Assembly: GCF_963921235.1 (NCBI RefSeq)
Contig: NC_086097.1
Location: 106,394,001-106,458,000 of the forward strand
DNA: 64,000 nucleotides
Reading direction: 5' to 3'
DNA from: Mobula hypostoma
Lineage: Eukaryota
Shown: in pieces, positions 26,772-38,304 of the stretch
Layout of the letters: the number at the start of each line of letters is the position of its first letter
Numbering within the stretch: position 1 is the stretch's first letter
The notes under the pieces: generated by a model
Seen by the model: only the letters and a program-made list of their open reading frames with translations
What the model was told of the DNA's origin: nothing
The model's database searches: none
Translations under genes and position numbers: made by a program

Positions 26772-27071
26772 AAGGAACAGCATAGAACTCATCTTTAAAA
26801 AACCCACAAAAAGACCATCAAATGTGTGAGAAAAGAACAAATTACGCAAACAAATAACATATAGAACATTAAACATCGAAATGCAGAGTTTCCAAAAGTG
26901 AGTCCACAGCCATGAGTCGCCGAGCAGAGTGACTCAGTCAGTTCAGCGCTGTGTTAATTGTTGCAGGCCACAGCCGCAGACCCAGTTCTCGATCAAATCG
27001 TGCAACTAGTGAAGCACATTCACTGCTGAGGACACTAATCATCAAACCACAGTTGAAAGTGAGTCTACAGT

Positions 27072-29698
27072 TGGAGAAGGAAGTCTGAGAATCGGAGCGG
27101 GAGTGCGGAGGAAGCCATTTTGAATTTTTTCAGGTTTTTTTCATCGGCGTTCAGAGAGGCGGGACTGCGCAGGCGTGTGACGTCGGGCAGTGAAGTGCGG
27201 AGGATTTAAAAGGCCAGAAATCCTGATTCGGGTTTAACTCGGAGAAGGAAGTCTCAGAATTGGAGCCGAAGTGCGGAGGAAGCCATTTTGAATTTTTCGG
27301 TTTTTTTTCATTGGCATTCAGAGAGGCAGGACTGCGCAGCCATGTGACATCGGGCAGTGAAGTGCGGAAGATTTAAAAGGACAGAAATCCTGATTCGGGT
27401 TTAATTCAGAGAAGGAAGTCTGAGAATCGGAGCGGGAGTGCGGAGGAAGCCATTTTGAATTTTTCAGTTTTTTTCATCGGCGTTCAGAAAGGCAGGACTG
27501 CGCAGGCGTGTGACATCGAGCAGTGAAGCGTGGAAGATTTAAAAGGAACACAGCCTTATACAGCGGGCAGCGGAGTGAGCCGGGAGCAGAGTGAAGGCTT
27601 AAGGGCTTTGGCTCAACGGGCTTAGGCAGAAACGGGTGAGGTGAGGAACGTTTGGTATTCATTTTTTGTTGTTATTTGAGGAGAGGGAGAAGTATGAGTG
27701 TGAAGGCATCTTGTTGTTCTCAGTGCCGGATGTGGGAGGTCATGGAGTCTCCCAGCCTCCCGGACGTCCACATCTGCGCCAGGTGCACCAAGATGCAGCT
27801 CCTAAGAGACCGCATTAGGGAATTGGAGCTGCAGCTCGATGACTTCCATCTGGTCAGGGAAAGTGAGGAGTTGAAAGAGAGGATTTACAGGCAGGAGGTC
27901 ACACCGGGGCCACAGGAGGCAGACAAGTGGGTCACGGTTAGGAGGGGGAAGAGGAGGAGTCAGGTAATAGAGAGTACTCCAGTGGCTGTGCCCCTTGACA
28001 ATATGTACTCCTGTTTATGAGTACTGTTGGGGGGACAGCTTACCTGGGGGAAGCAACAGTGGCTGTGCCTGTTGGATTAGATACTTAGACTCTTAGGCAC
28101 AGAGTCCGGCCATATAGCTCAGAAAGGTAGGGAAAGGAAGAGGAAGAGGAGGGAAGCAGTAATAGGGGACTCAATAGTTAGGGGGTCAGATAGGTGGTTG
28201 TAACATCCTTGGTCTGAATGCTCCTGATCTCTGTCCCCTGCCTATCCTTCCTCACACACTGTCTACTAGCTTTCTCTATTTGTGAACTAACCTCCTCTCT
28301 CCTAGTCTCTTTAATTTGATTCCCACCCCACATTCTAGTTTAAAGTCACCTCAGTAGTCCTCGCAAATCTCCCTGCCAGGATATTGGTCCCCCTAGGATT
28401 CAAGTGTAACCTGTCCTTTTTGTACAGGTCACACCTGCGCCAAAAGAGGTCCCAATGATCCAAAAACTTGAATCCCTGCCCCCTGCTCCAATCCTTCAGC
28501 CACGCATTTATCCTCCACCTCATTGCATTCCTCCTCTCACTGTCGCGTAGCACAGGCAGTAATCCCGAGATTATTACCTTTGCGGTTCTTTTTCTCAATT
28601 CCCTTCCTAACTCCCTATATTCTCCTTTCAGGACCTCTCCTCTTTTCCTACCTATGTCATTGGTACCTATATGTACCACGACCTCTGGCTCCTCTCCCTC
28701 CCACTTCAGGATATCTTGATCGCAATCAGAAACATCCCGGACCCTGGCATCAGGGAGGCAAACTACCATCCGGGTCTCTGGACTGCGTCCACAGAATCGC
28801 CTATCTGACACCCTGCTATTTCCACACTAACTTCCCTCAAGGTCCTAGGAAATATCTTGTCCTGACCTGGAGACTTATCCACTTTTATATTCCTTAAAAG
28901 GGCCAGTACTTCCTCTTCTTTTATCGTCATACTTTCCATAACTACCCTTCTTGTTTCCTTTACCTTACACAATTCAATATCCTTCTTCTTAGTGAATACT
29001 GAAGAAAAGAAATTGTTCAAAATCTCCCCCATCCTTTTGGTTCCGCACATAGCCGTCCACTCTGATTCTCTAAGGGACCAATTTTATTCCTCACTATCCT
29101 TTTGCTATTAATATAACCATAGAAACCCTTTGGATTTATTTTCACCTTACTTGCTAAAGCAGCCTTGTATCTTCTTTTAGCTTTTCTAATTTCTTTCTTA
29201 AGATTCTTTTTACATTCTTTATATTCCTCTATCCCTCTGTTCTACAGCATTCTTCAATGCCCTACCATTTACCATGTTAGTTAGGTTTTTATTCTTTGGA
29301 GCGTAGAAGGTTGAGAGGGAACTTGATGGAGGTGTTTAAAATTATGAGGGGGATTTATAGAGTTGATTTGGATAGGCTTTTTCCATTGAGAATGAGGGAG
29401 ATTCAAACAAGAGGACATGAGTTCAGAGTTAAAGGGCAAAAGTTTAGGGATAACATGAGGGGGAACTTTACTCAGAGAGTGGTAGCTGTGTGGAACGAGC
29501 TTCCAGCAGAAGTGGTTGAGGCAGGTTCGATGTTGTCATTTAAAGTTAAATTGAATAGATATATGGACAGGAAAGGAATGGAGGGTTATGGGCCGATTGC
29601 AGGTCGGTGGGACTAGGTGAGAGTAAGAGTTCGGCATGGACTCGAAGAGCCGAGGTGGCCTGTTTCCGTGCTGTAATTGTTTTATAGTTATATAGTTA
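27072..29698 (+). mobile_element. CR1 LINE with intact 5' and 3' ends but internally deleted and inverted segments
   Basis: 5'UTR monomers and ORF1 start (+), ORF1 end and ORF2 pieces (-) at 28201-29275, 3' end (+) at 29277-29698; candidate TSD tacagt (27066-27071, 29699-29704). Confidence 0.88.
27073..27546 (+). promoter_or_regulatory. Three tandem ~168-bp CR1 5'UTR monomers (putative promoter array)
   Basis: Units start at 27073, 27241 and 27408; unit 1 has gccatttt (YY1-like), gaggcgggac (GC box), tgcgcaggcg (NRF1-like), tgacgtc (CRE) and tttaaaa, and units 2-3 carry decayed variants. Confidence 0.75.
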
Positions 29699-30511
29699 TA
29701 CAGTCAAAAGCTATGAGCCATGAGCCGCAGAGCTGATTGACCCTTGCAGCGTGGGACCCGAGACTCCTGCACCATCTGCGGGCAGACCTGTCAAATGCAG
29801 GACACACGTTTACTTTCTGCTCTCATCCTCATCGATTTTAACCTTGCTCAACACTTAAATAAATGTGTTGTAATGGAGCAGACCACAGGTTTGTATTCTG
29901 CCATTAGAAATCGATGCAGCGACGGCTGTAGCTACGCTGTACACCGAATCCTCCAGGAGATTGCAGAAGTGCTAATTCATTCAGTCTGCCCAAAATTTGA
30001 TTCTTAAAAGGGAAATTACAGGCTGCAATCAATCCCAGTTCAAAAGAAGTATATTTAGAACAAGAAGAAGTGTATCCAGTAGTTTTGTATGCTGTCTGCA
30101 AGATGTCAGCATTGGTCACTGGTGCCATCTTATCAGATCTCATTATCCACAGAGACACTACCTGATTCTCTTGTTGACCTTCCTCATCAAGCTCACCCTC
30201 AGGAGTTTGTAAACTTTCAAGATACATGGGGTTGACTGTTCAAAAATTCCTCAATGGTCACCAATGATGTGCAGATTGAAGGAGGCATGCCTGTAATTCA
30301 TGAACAGCTGCACATTCTGAAGAACAAACAAATGAGACACAAGTATAGTCCACACTTTGGGAAAGCCAACAAAAAGTTGTCAAATCCACATGCTCATTGA
30401 GCCGGTTCCTCATCAAGAAAGGAAAATTGGAAGAAGTTCCTTCTCCTGGGGAATAGAGTTTCACTGACCACCTAAATATTGCATGAGCAGCAAACCATGA
30501 GGTAAAGCATA

Positions 30512-31009
30512 TGAAACCTGCTGGTTTCCTTGGCTGCATAAGTCTAGCGAAGACACACTCCGGTTCTGCTAAACCTGTGAGATTGAGATGGCTCTCCCAC
30601 CCCAAACCCTGGTTTGTGTAGATGCTGGGTACTTTGCAACCCTGTTACAACTCAGTGTCAAGAAACAACAGATAACACACTGTGTACGATTAAAGGAATT
30701 ATATTTATGAATCTTAACTAAAGGGTTAGTAAAGAAAAGAAAGAAAAAACAAAAAGGGCCCATTATAATTAAACTGTCAAATGTGCACCAGTTGGAACTC
30801 AAGTCACCATCCTCAGTTGATCTCATTGCTCGGCTCCAATGGGATCATGATCTCCCCACCTGGTCGTATCCTACGACTGGTTCTCTTTTCATCTCCCGCT
30901 GAAGAAAGGACCCAGCTCACATTCCAAAGCATCCATTATTTCTAACCATAACCCAAACACTGCTTCTGTACAAGACCACTAGCAGTGAAACCTTTCCCAG
31001 GATATTACG
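30512..31009 (-). mobile_element. Degraded solo LTR-like element
   Basis: Begins tgaaacc (reverse complement of the ggtttca end at 24300); shares gggcccatta and tgtgcac blocks with 23492-24300; no TSD seen. Confidence 0.5.
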
Positions 31010-31406
31010 AACAGATAGGAGTAAGGTGCTGGTGCAGTGTAAACACTATGGCACTTGCGGAATTTAAATTCAGCTAATTTAAACAGGAGGAAAAAATTTG
31101 CTATCCTCACTCTGTCTGGCCCATATGGGACTCAAGACCAGGAGAAAGTTAATTAACTTTTAACTGCCCCCAGGCTGCCAAGTTCTCTCAAGTTGTCATG
31201 TTCAGACAGAAAAAGGGTAAAAAAAAATAGAGGCAGAGTGACAAAACGCCAATGACCTTGATATCAAATTCAGCAAAGTCCTCCACACTGACGTTTGTGG
31301 ACTGGTGTTGCAATTAGAAGAACTGTCCCATAAACCAATAAAGCAACAGTCTTGCATTGTAGTCACCAAGTCATTCTTTCAGCATCAGACTCTTCCACAA
31401 GGCTCT

Positions 31407-32411
31407 ACTTACTTTACATTTATGACTGTGTGGCTAAGCACACTTCCAACGCCATATTCAAGTTTGCTGACAACATCGCTGTTGCAGGCCAAACCAAAGG
31501 TGGTGATGATTCAGCATATTGGTGGGAGACTGAAAATCTGACCGAGTGGTGCCACAACAACTCAGTGTCAGCAAGACCAAAGAACTGATTATTGACTTCA
31601 GAAGAAAACCGGAGGTCCATGAGCCAGTCCTCATTGGAGGATCAGATGTAGAGAGGGTCAGCAACTTTAAATTCCTTGGTGTTATTATTTTGGAGGATTT
31701 CTCCTAGGTGTAGCACCTAAGTGCAATTATGAAGAAAGCACGGCAGTGCCTTTACTTCCTTAGGAGTCTGTGAAGATTCAGCATAACTTCTAAAACTTTG
31801 ACAAATTTCTCTAGATGTGTCGTGAGGAGTATATTGACTGGCTACATCACAACCTGGTATGGAAACACCAATGCACTTGAACGGAAAATCCTGCAAAAAG
31901 TAATAGATATGACCCAGTCCATCACGGGTGGAGTCCTCCCCACCACTGAGATCATCTATACGAAACGTTGTCGCAGGAACGCAGCATCTATCATCAGGGA
32001 TCCTCACCACCCTGGACATGCTCTTCTCACTGCTGCCATGAGCAAGAAGGTCCAGGAGCCTCAGCACTCACACCACCAGGTTCAGGAACAGTTACTACCC
32101 TTCAACCATCTGGGTCTTGAACCAAAGGGAATAACTTCACTCAAACTTTGCTTGCACCATCAATGAAATATTCCCATACCCAACAGACTCACTTTCAAGG
32201 ACTCTTCATCTCATATTCTTGATATTTATTGCTTCCTTTTCTATTTGCACAATTTGTTGTCTTTGGCACACACTGGTTGAATGCCCAAGCTGATGCAGTA
32301 TTTTATTGATTTTGTTATGGTTATTATTCTATAGATTTATTGAGTAAGCCCACAAGACAATGAAGCTCAGGGTTGCATATGGTGACATATATATACTTAG
32401 ATAATAAATTA
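31407..32411 (+). mobile_element. Rex1-type LINE 3' part
   Basis: YDCVAKHTSNAIFKFADN, SILTGYITTWYGN, AASIIRDPHHPGH; typical 3'UTR ending gataataaat. Confidence 0.9.
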
Positions 32412-32415
32412 ATTA

Positions 32416-33079
32416 TGTAGCCTCCTGGTAAGCCTCAGGCTCGCTCAACTCGCTTTTGTCTAGGGGGAGCAGCCTTCGGCCCCACCAAACTGGGTAATCA
32501 AGTTTGTGTGGATACTGTGTGATGTACCCCACCCCACCAAATAACAGACAATACTCCATATGTGATCTTACTGGAACTACGTATTTAATAGAGATAAAGT
32601 ATAAAAGGAAAATAAAAGGTACCAAACTTATCAAAGTTCAACCACTTCATGCACAACAGTTGGAGCTCAATTAATGGAGTCTTCTTTCCACCATTCGATC
32701 CCCTCCGACCCCCTCAACCATCGCCTGGGACCAACCATGGTGGTCGATCAGATGCTCCACACGAGTCTATCTTCGACTCCTCTCCTCGCCGAAGACCCTG
32801 GGCCTCGGACTCCCACTCGGGGACGGTCCCGCCGCCCAGGGTCACAGTATCGCGTCTCTTCTCTCTGTCCCCATCGCGCCTTCTCCCCCAAAGCCCGTGA
32901 ACAATAGCTTACAGACACACAAGAAAGAATAACATCTATCCCAATTGGTTAGCAAATGAATACAATTCTCTTTATAACCCAAACAAGCTGCTAGAGAGAG
33001 AACTTTCTCAGCAGTTAACATAACAGAGAAGCCATTTTGATTAGCCTCGGCAGTAACATAAAAGAAGAAACCCCTTACA
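32416..33079 (-). mobile_element. Solo LTR (664 bp)
   Basis: TG...CA termini (tgtag.../...ttaca) with 4-bp TSD atta at 32412-32415 and 33080-33083. Confidence 0.85.
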
Positions 33080-33567
33080 ATTACTTTAAATTACAATACC
33101 TGAGTATGTCCTGTCAGATGCATCAGAGCTGAAAGTGTAATGGTTTACAGGTGGAAGTGAATGATCTTGGAAATCTTTAACATTGACTCCAAACCAATTT
33201 AAGGTCAAAAGTGGGCTGCTGAGTTTAAATCCTGAAACTCCCTCCCCAGCAGCATTGTAAAATCAACTCTACCACAAAGACAAAGCAGCTCATGAAGATG
33301 ACTCACCAGCATCCCGACTGCATTCGGAATGGACATACCAATGATGCCCACATCATGACAATTAAATGTTACAAACAAAAGCAATGGAAATCTGGAATGT
33401 TCAACACTGGCAAACCAGCTCAAGCACATATCTCTGGCTGGATAATTGCCTGGGTTTATCACAATTTAGACAGAAGCAAAGACTATATTCTGGTAGAATC
33501 TTCAAACGTGAGCACTTAACTGCTTCCTATGACCATTTTCAGCATTCATTATACAGGAAGCTTCGTG

Positions 33568-34502
33568 CGGTTGACACGAAGCTGGGTGGCAGTGTTAGCT
33601 GTGAGGAGGATGCTAAGAGGATGCAGAGTGACTTGGATAGGTTGGGTGGGTGGGCAAATTCATGACAGATGCAATTTAATGTGGATATATGTGAAGTTAT
33701 CCACTTTGGTGGCAAAAACAGGAAAACAGATTATTATCTGAATGGTGGCCGATTAGGAAAAGGGGAGGTGCAACGAGACCTGGGTGTCATTATACACCAG
33801 TCATTGAAAGTGGGCATACAGGTACAGCAGGCGGTGAAAAAGGCGAATGGTATGCTGGCATTTATAGCGAGAGGATTCGAGTACAGGAGCAGGGAGGTAC
33901 TACTGCAGTTGTACAAGGTCTTGGTGAGACCACACCTGGAGTATTGTGTGCAGTTTTGGTCCCCTAATCTGAGGAAAGACATCCTTGCCATAGAGGGAGT
34001 ACAAAGAAGGTTCACCAGATTGATTCCTGGGATGGCAGGACTTTCATATGAAGAAAGACTGGAAAAACTGGGCTTGTACTCGTTGGAAGTTAGAAGATTG
34101 AGGGGGGATATGATTGAAACGTATAAAATCCTAAAGGGATTGGACAGGCTAGATGCAGGAAGGTTGTTTCCGATGTTGGGGAAGTCCAGAACAAGGGGTC
34201 ACAGTTTGAGGATAAAGGGGAAGCCTTTTAGGACCGAGATTAGGAAAAACTTCTTCACACAGAGAGTGGTAAATCTGTGGAATTCTCTGCCACAGGAAAC
34301 AGTTGAGGCCAGTTCATTGGCTATATTTAAGAGGGAGTTAGATATGGCCCTTGTGGCTACGGGGATCAGGGGGTATGGAGGGAAGGCTGGGGCGGGGTTC
34401 TGAGTTGGATGATCAGCCATGATCATAATAAATGGCGGTGCAGGCTCGAAGGGCCGAATGGCCTACTCCTGCACCTATTTTCTATGTTTCTATATTTCTA
34501 TG
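33568..34502 (+). mobile_element. Young CR1 3' fragment (same subfamily as 35192-39713)
   Basis: ORF 33669..34403 nearly identical to the ORF2 C-terminus; same 3'UTR and (tttctatg) tail. Confidence 0.97.
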
Positions 34503-34819
34503 AAATGTTTAAAATAGCATTGATATCCTTAGACTGGAAGTGCTCACAATCACATCATACACGAGGTTGACACCATTTCAAAGCTGCGATATAAAGCAAG
34601 GCAACAATTTTCTGAGCTAAGTGACTGGTTCTTCAATCAGGGAACCATCGCAGACCATTGTTTAGACATCTACAGAGTTCACATCTCTTTTTTTAAGCCT
34701 GGGATGAGAAAGTCTGGTCCTGAGGGTTGAGGGTCTGAAGCTTACCTATCTTTATTATTTTTAATTTATTTACATCATTTTTTCAAGTCTCAGATTCTGA
34801 CTAAATGTTTGTTTCTTGG

Positions 34820-35191
34820 GAATCAGAATCAGTTTAACATCACGGGCGTATGTCATGAAGATTATTGTTATGTGGCAGTAGCACATTGCAATACATAATC
34901 ATAGAAACTGTAAGTTACAGTAAGTGTGTATAATATATACATATATATATAATAGCGGCAGTGAGGTAGTGTTCAGGGGTTCAATATCCATTCAGAAATC
35001 TGATGGCAGAGGGGAAAAAGCTCTTCCCGAATCGTTGACTGTGTGCCTTCAGGCTCCAGTACCTCCTCCCTGATAATAGCAATGAGAAGAAGACATGTCT
35101 TGGGTGATGAGAGTCCTTAATGATGGATGCCGCCTTTTTGAGGCACTGATCCTTGAAGATGTCCTGGATACTATGGGGCCTAGTGCCCATG
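34820..35191 (-). mobile_element. Rex1-type LINE 3' part, host of the full-length CR1 (resumes 39714-39815)
   Basis: KKAASIIKDSHHPRHVFFSLL...FFPSAIRFLN; (ctgatt) tail. Confidence 0.85.
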
Positions 35192-35289
35192 ATAGAAACA
35201 TAGAAACATAGAAAATAGGTGCAGGAGTAGGCCATTCGGCCCTTCGAGCCTGCACCGCCATTTATTATGATCATGGCTGATCATCCAAC

Positions 35290-38200
35290 TCAGAACCCAG
35301 CCTTCCCTCCATACCCCCTGACCCCTGTAGCCACAAGGGCCATATCTAACTTCCTCTTAAACATAGCTAATGAACTGGCCTCAACAGTTTGCTGTGGCAG
35401 AGAATTCCACAGATTCACCACTCTCTGTGTGAAGAAGTTTTTCCTAACCTCGGTCCTAAAAGGCTTCCCCTCTATCCTCAAACTGTGACCCCTCGTTCTA
35501 GACCTCCCCAACATCGGGAACAATCTTCCCGCATCTAGCCTGTCCAATCCCTTTAGGATCTTATACGTTTCAATCAGATCCCCCCTCAATCTTCTAAATT
35601 CCAACGAGTACAAGCCCAGTTCATCCAGTCTTTCTTCATATGAAAGACCTGCCATCCCAGGAATCAATCTGGTGAACCTTCTTTGTACTCCCTCTATGGC
35701 AAAGATGTCTTTCCTCAGATTAGGGGACCAAAACTGCACACAATACTCCAGGTGTGGTCTCACCAAGGCCTTGTACAACTGCAGTAGTACCTCCCTGCTC
35801 CTGTACTCGAATCCTCTCGCTATAAATGCCAGCATACCGTTCGCCTTTTTCACCGCCTGCTGTACCTGCATGCCCACTTTCAATGACTGGTGTATAATGA
35901 CACCCAGGTCTCGTTGCACCTCCCCTTTTCCTAATCGGCCACCATTCAGATAATAATCTGTTTTCCTATTTTTGCCACCAAAGTGGATAACTTCACATTT
36001 ATCCACATTAAATTGCATCTGCCATGAGTTTGCCCACTCACCCAACCTATCCAAGTCACCCTGCATCCTCTTAGCATCCTCCTCACTGCTGACACTGCCA
36101 CCCAGCTTTGTGTCATCCGCAAACTTGGAGATGCTGCATTTAATTCCCTCATCCAAGTCATTAATATATATTGTAAACAACTGGGGTCCCAGCACTGAGC
36201 CTTGCGGTACCCCACTAGTCACCGCCTGCCATTCTGAAAAGGTCCCGTTTATTCCCACTCTTTGCTTCCTGTCTGCTAACCAATTCTCCACCCACACCAA
36301 TACCTTACCCCCAATACCGTGTGCTTTAAGTTTGCACACTAATCTCCTGTGTGGGACCTTGTCAAAAGCCTTTTGAAAATCCAAATATACCACATCCACT
36401 GGTTCTCCCCTATCCACTCTACTAGTTACATCCTCAAAAAATTCTATGAGATTCGTCAGACATGATTTTCCTTTCACAAATCCATGCTGACTTTGTCCGA
36501 TCATTTCACCGCTTTCCAAATGTGCTGTTATCACATCCTTGATAACTGACTCCAGCAGTTTCCCCACCACCGACGTTAGGCTAACCGGCCTATAATTCCC
36601 CGGTTTCTCTCTCCCTCCTTTTTTAAAAAGTGGGGTTACATTAGCCACCCTCCAATCCTCAGGAACTAGTCCAGAATCTAACGAGTTTTGAAAAATTATC
36701 ACTAATGCATCCACTATTTCTTGGGCCACTTCCTTAAGCACTCTGGGATGCAGACCATCTGGCCCTGGGGATTTATCTGCCTTCAATCCCTTCAATTTAC
36801 CTAACACCACTTCCCTACTAACATGTATTTCGCTCAGTTCCTCCATCTCACTGGACCCTCTGTCCCTTACTATTTCTGGAAGATTATTTATGTCCTCCTT
36901 AGTGAAGACAGAACCAAAGTAATTATTCAATTGGTCTGCCATGTCCTTGCTCCCCATAATCAATTCACCTGTTTCTGTTTGCAGGGGACCTACATTTGTC
37001 TTTATCAGTCTTTTCCTTTTTACATATCTATAAAAGCTTTTACAGTCCGTTTTTATGTTCTCTGCCAGTTTTCTCTCATAATCTTTTTTCCCCTTCCTAA
37101 TTAAGCCCTTTGTCCTCCTCTGCTGAACTCTGAATTTCTCCCAGTCCTCAGGTGAGCCACTTTCTCTGGCTAATTTGTATGCTACTTCTTTGGAATTGAT
37201 ACTATCCCTAATTTCTCTTGTCAGCCACGGGTGCACTACCTTCCTTGATTTATTCTTTTGCCAAACTGGGATGAACAATTGTTGTAGTTCATCCATGCAA
37301 CCTTTAAATGCCTGCCATTGCATATCCACCGTCAATCCTTGAAGTGTCATTTGCCAGTCTATCTTAGCTAATTCACGTCTCATACCTTCAAAGTTACCCC
37401 TCTTTAAGTTCAGAACCTTTGTTTCTGAATTAACTACGTCACTCTCCATGTTAATGAAGAATTCCACCATATTATGGTCACTCTTACCCAAGGGGCCTCT
37501 CACGACAAGATCGCTAATTAACCCTTCCTCATTGCTCAAAACCCAGTCCAGAATAGCCTGCTCTCTAGTCGGTTCCTCGACATGTTGGTTCAAAAAACCA
37601 TCCCGCATACATTCCAAGAAATCCTCTTCCTCAGCACCTTTACCAATTTGGTTCACCCAGTCTACATGTAGATTGAAGTCACCCATTATAACTGCTGTTC
37701 CTTTATTGCACACATTTCTAATTTCCTGTTTAATACCATCTCCGACCTCACTACTACTGTTAGGTGGCCTGTACACAACTCCCACCAGCGTCTTCTGTCC
37801 CATAGTGTTACGCAGCTCTACCCATATCGATTCCACATCTTCCCGGCTTATGTCCTTCCTTTCTATTGCGTTAATCTCTTTTTTAACCAGCAACGCCACC
37901 CCACCTCCCCTTCCTTCATGTCTATCCCTCCTGAATATTGAATATCCCTGAACGTTGAGCTCCCATCCCTGGTCACCCTGGAGCCATGTCTCTGTGATCC
38001 CAACTATATCATAATCATTAATAACAATCTGCACTTTCAATTCATCCACCTTATTACGAATGCTCCTTGCATTGACACATAAAGCCTTCAGGCGCTCTTT
38101 TACAACTCTCTTAGCCCTTTTTAATGCTTGCCCTGGATTTGTCGGCCTGCCACTTTTACTTTTCCCCTTTGTACTTTTTGCTTCTACGCTCACTTTACAC

Positions 38201-38304
38201 CCCTCTGTCTCTCTGCACTGGTTCCCATCCCTCTGTTGTGAACTAACCTCCTCACACCTAGCCGCTTTAATTTGATTCCCACCCCCCAACCATTCTAGTT
38301 TAAA
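35290..38304 (-). CDS. CR1 ORF2: APE endonuclease plus reverse transcriptase (no ATG before the endonuclease; -1 frame relative to ORF1)
   Basis: About 1000 open codons; NARS, TETW, GDFN, SDH (APE); NYRPVSL, PQGSVLGP, FADD (RT); the track start at 38289 is TTG. Confidence 0.95.
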   Translation of the reverse strand, partial: FKLEWLGGGNQIKAARCEEVSSQQRDGNQCRETEGCKVSVEAKSTKGKSKSGRPTNPGQALKRAKRVVKERLKALCVNARSIRNKVDELKVQIVINDYDIVGITETWLQGDQGWELNVQGYSIFRRDRHEGRGGGVALLVKKEINAIERKDISREDVESIWVELRNTMGQKTLVGVVYRPPNSSSEVGDGIKQEIRNVCNKGTAVIMGDFNLHVDWVNQIGKGAEEEDFLECMRDGFLNQHVEEPTREQAILDWVLSNEEGLISDLVVRGPLGKSDHNMVEFFINMESDVVNSETKVLNLKRGNFEGMRRELAKIDWQMTLQGLTVDMQWQAFKGCMDELQQLFIPVWQKNKSRKVVHPWLTREIRDSINSKEVAYKLARESGSPEDWEKFRVQQRRTKGLIRKGKKDYERKLAENIKTDCKSFYRYVKRKRLIKTNVGPLQTETGELIMGSKDMADQLNNYFGSVFTKEDINNLPEIVRDRGSSEMEELSEIHVSREVVLGKLKGLKADKSPGPDGLHPRVLKEVAQEIVDALVIIFQNSLDSGLVPEDWRVANVTPLFKKGGREKPGNYRPVSLTSVVGKLLESVIKDVITAHLESGEMIGQSQHGFVKGKSCLTNLIEFFEDVTSRVDRGEPVDVVYLDFQKAFDKVPHRRLVCKLKAHGIGGKVLVWVENWLADRKQRVGINGTFSEWQAVTSGVPQGSVLGPQLFTIYINDLDEGIKCSISKFADDTKLGGSVSSEEDAKRMQGDLDRLGEWANSWQMQFNVDKCEVIHFGGKNRKTDYYLNGGRLGKGEVQRDLGVIIHQSLKVGMQVQQAVKKANGMLAFIARGFEYRSREVLLQLYKALVRPHLEYCVQFWSPNLRKDIFAIEGVQRRFTRLIPGMAGLSYEERLDELGLYSLEFRRLRGDLIETYKILKGLDRLDAGRLFPMLGRSRTRGHSLRIEGKPFRTEVRKNFFTQRVVNLWNSLPQQTVEASSLAMFKRKLDMALVATGVRGYGGKAGF

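Larger units (their letters stand above)
26218..30005 (-). mobile_element. Non-autonomous retroposon(s) with Rex1-like tail hosting a SINE, a Penelope hairpin and a CR1
   Basis: Reverse complement of the shared tail at 26218-26298; body resumes at 26785-27071 and 29705-~30005; far boundary approximate. Confidence 0.6.

Noticed and set aside
27073..27546. Regularly spaced repeats (also 39394-39713) as a CRISPR array or satellite
   Set aside because: Whole ~170-bp units repeat with no unique spacers, there are no cas genes, and they lie directly upstream of CR1 ORF1
35290..38289. Reverse transcriptase next to an esterase as a prokaryotic retron, DGR or defence RT system
   Set aside because: APE-RT architecture, microsatellite tail, many truncated copies and vertebrate SINE context identify a CR1 LINE
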